Assembly (NCBI GenBank): GCA_964188305.1
Contig: OZ076892.1
DNA: 64,000 nucleotides
Source: Podarcis bocagei
Taxonomy: Eukaryota
Strand: one strand, 5' to 3'
The notes below the pieces were generated by a model. It did no database searches. It had not been told where the DNA came from and saw only the letters and a list, made by a program, of their open reading frames with translations. Below, piece by piece: positions 62,651 to 64,000 of this stretch. Each line of letters starts with the position of its first letter. Position 1 is the stretch's first letter. The position numbers and the translations under genes were made by a program.

Positions 62651-62843
62651 GGGCAGACCCATACTGTACCATTTAAAGCACATTTAGTGCACATTGAAAG
62701 CACATGGCTTCCCACAAAGAATTCGTTTGTTAAGGGTGGTGGGAACTGCAGTTCTGTGAAGGGGAAACTGCAAATCCCAGGATTCTTTCGGAGGAAAGTA
62801 ATGTGCATTTGATGTACTTTAAATGTATGGTGTGGACCTGCCC
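62651..62843. mobile_element. Palindromic MITE (Harbinger-like)
   Basis: GGGCAGACCCATAC..TACCATTTAAAG.AC / GTACTTTAAATGTATGGTGTGGACCTGCCC; 3-bp tat flanks; related copies near 31620-31860 and 45710-45870. Confidence 0.7.
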
Positions 62844-63612
62844 TATCATTGTATGATGTGCAAGCAAAGCGATGGGGAGTGGTAGATGGGGTGATCTATT
62901 TCCCCTTTGCAAGCAGGGCTCTTTTGGTCTGACAAAGAAGGGAGTGCAGATGAATGGCAAGTGAAGGATGGCAACTGAGCACTAAAGAAGAAATGATGCA
63001 GCTATGGGAGGAAATGATTGACATATGTTTGCAACAGGAGCAGTAAACCTAATTTGGTTTGATTTCTAATAATTTGGAAAATTAATAAAAAATGATTTAA
63101 AAGAGGGGGGAAAGAAGGGAGTGCAGATTGCGGTCCTGAAAGAAGCCAAGAGGGGTATGGGACCCGGAAAATGTGGCACCCACTTTCAAGCCCCAGGAGC
63201 GGGGAAGAAGTGCTCATTCCAAAATGAAAGGATTTTGCTCTTTGCCCTGTTGTGAATGACGTATAGCAGTTATCTAGAAAAATCTCTCTCGTGCAGTAGT
63301 ACTTAAAACAGCAAATTGTAATTTCTCCCTGACCAGCAGACCTTTAGTTTATCGTGTTTATTTCTTTTATAAACTGTTAGTTTTACCCCTATTTTCATAA
63401 TTTAATTTCCTCTACTGTTTTTAATGTTGCTACTTTTAAATGAATATTTTATACTCTTATGCAAACCACATATATTATTAAGGGGTTTATAAATCTTGCT
63501 TAGCAAATATATATAAAAAACAGACTATTAAACTGGCAGTATAGCTAATAGCTATACCCAGATGCATTTGCTCCATGTTTTGTTAAACTCTGTTTCATCA
63601 ATAATTACTTAC

Positions 63613-63708
63613 ATGGGACCTTGATTCTCGGGGAAGTAATGAGCAAAGAGTTTGTCTGTTCCGGTTGTGGGCATCAAGGTCTACAAATATGACAGACCAT
63701 GAGCAACC
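63613..63708 (-). CDS. PHKB: PHKB exon (96 nt) [32 protein letters not shown]
   Basis: tttacag acceptor, gtaagt donor, phase 0/0; matches recalled mammalian PHKB. Confidence 0.96.
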
Positions 63709-64000
63709 CTGTAAATGGAATAGAAAATTAACACAACATAGGATATAGACAGCCCAAGCCTGGCACAGCAAAGACAAGAAAAGTGAATGGGTTCTTCAAA
63801 TATTATAATTGCTATCAGCAATCATATACTAGTAAATTCAGATAGACAATGACATTTCCAAAAAAAATGTACATAATACCATTTCACTAATATTAAGGGG
63901 ATTAAATAGACATTTTAAAACCAGTTAGCAGATAAGAGACTTGAGATTACAGAAACTTAAATCTTCTCATTTTTTTTACCACTATTATTTAATTACACCT

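Larger units (their letters stand above)
1..63708 (-). other. PHKB: PHKB gene body (partial: 24 coding exons in the window; the 5' exons and the stop codon lie outside)
   Basis: Manually spliced exons give a continuous 821-codon frame (2463 nt using one of the two 91-nt exons) matching phosphorylase kinase beta as I recall it. All junctions are GT-AG with compatible phases. Confidence 0.98.

Overview
Vertebrate genomic DNA, most likely a lacertid lizard (Podarcis-like), judged from Sauria/POM-type and Squam3-like SINEs. The whole window lies inside one minus-strand gene, PHKB (phosphorylase kinase regulatory subunit beta). I traced 24 coding exons by hand. All introns are GT-AG and the phases chain into an open frame of 821 codons, from [10 protein letters not shown]... 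to ...KAVMNLLLE. The 5' exons and the C-terminal end with the stop codon lie outside the window. Two 91-nt exons (24161-24251 and 22571-22661) form the mutually exclusive pair known from mammalian PHKB. The introns hold SINEs, hAT/Tc1-mariner/Harbinger-like MITEs, LINE and Penelope remnants, a solo LTR with a nested SINE, and microsatellites. Almost all ORFs in the supplied track are spurious. I found no new protein-coding system. The best leads are: (1) a 14-bp intronic stem plus a YGCY cluster that could control the mutually exclusive exon switch; (2) an exactly symmetric TGACAG/GTAAACA palindrome; (3) a Sox-Oct composite motif; (4) a SINE with a 62-bp flanking duplication; (5) inverted MITEs that could drive a circRNA. 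Repeat family names come from recalled consensus features, not from a database search.
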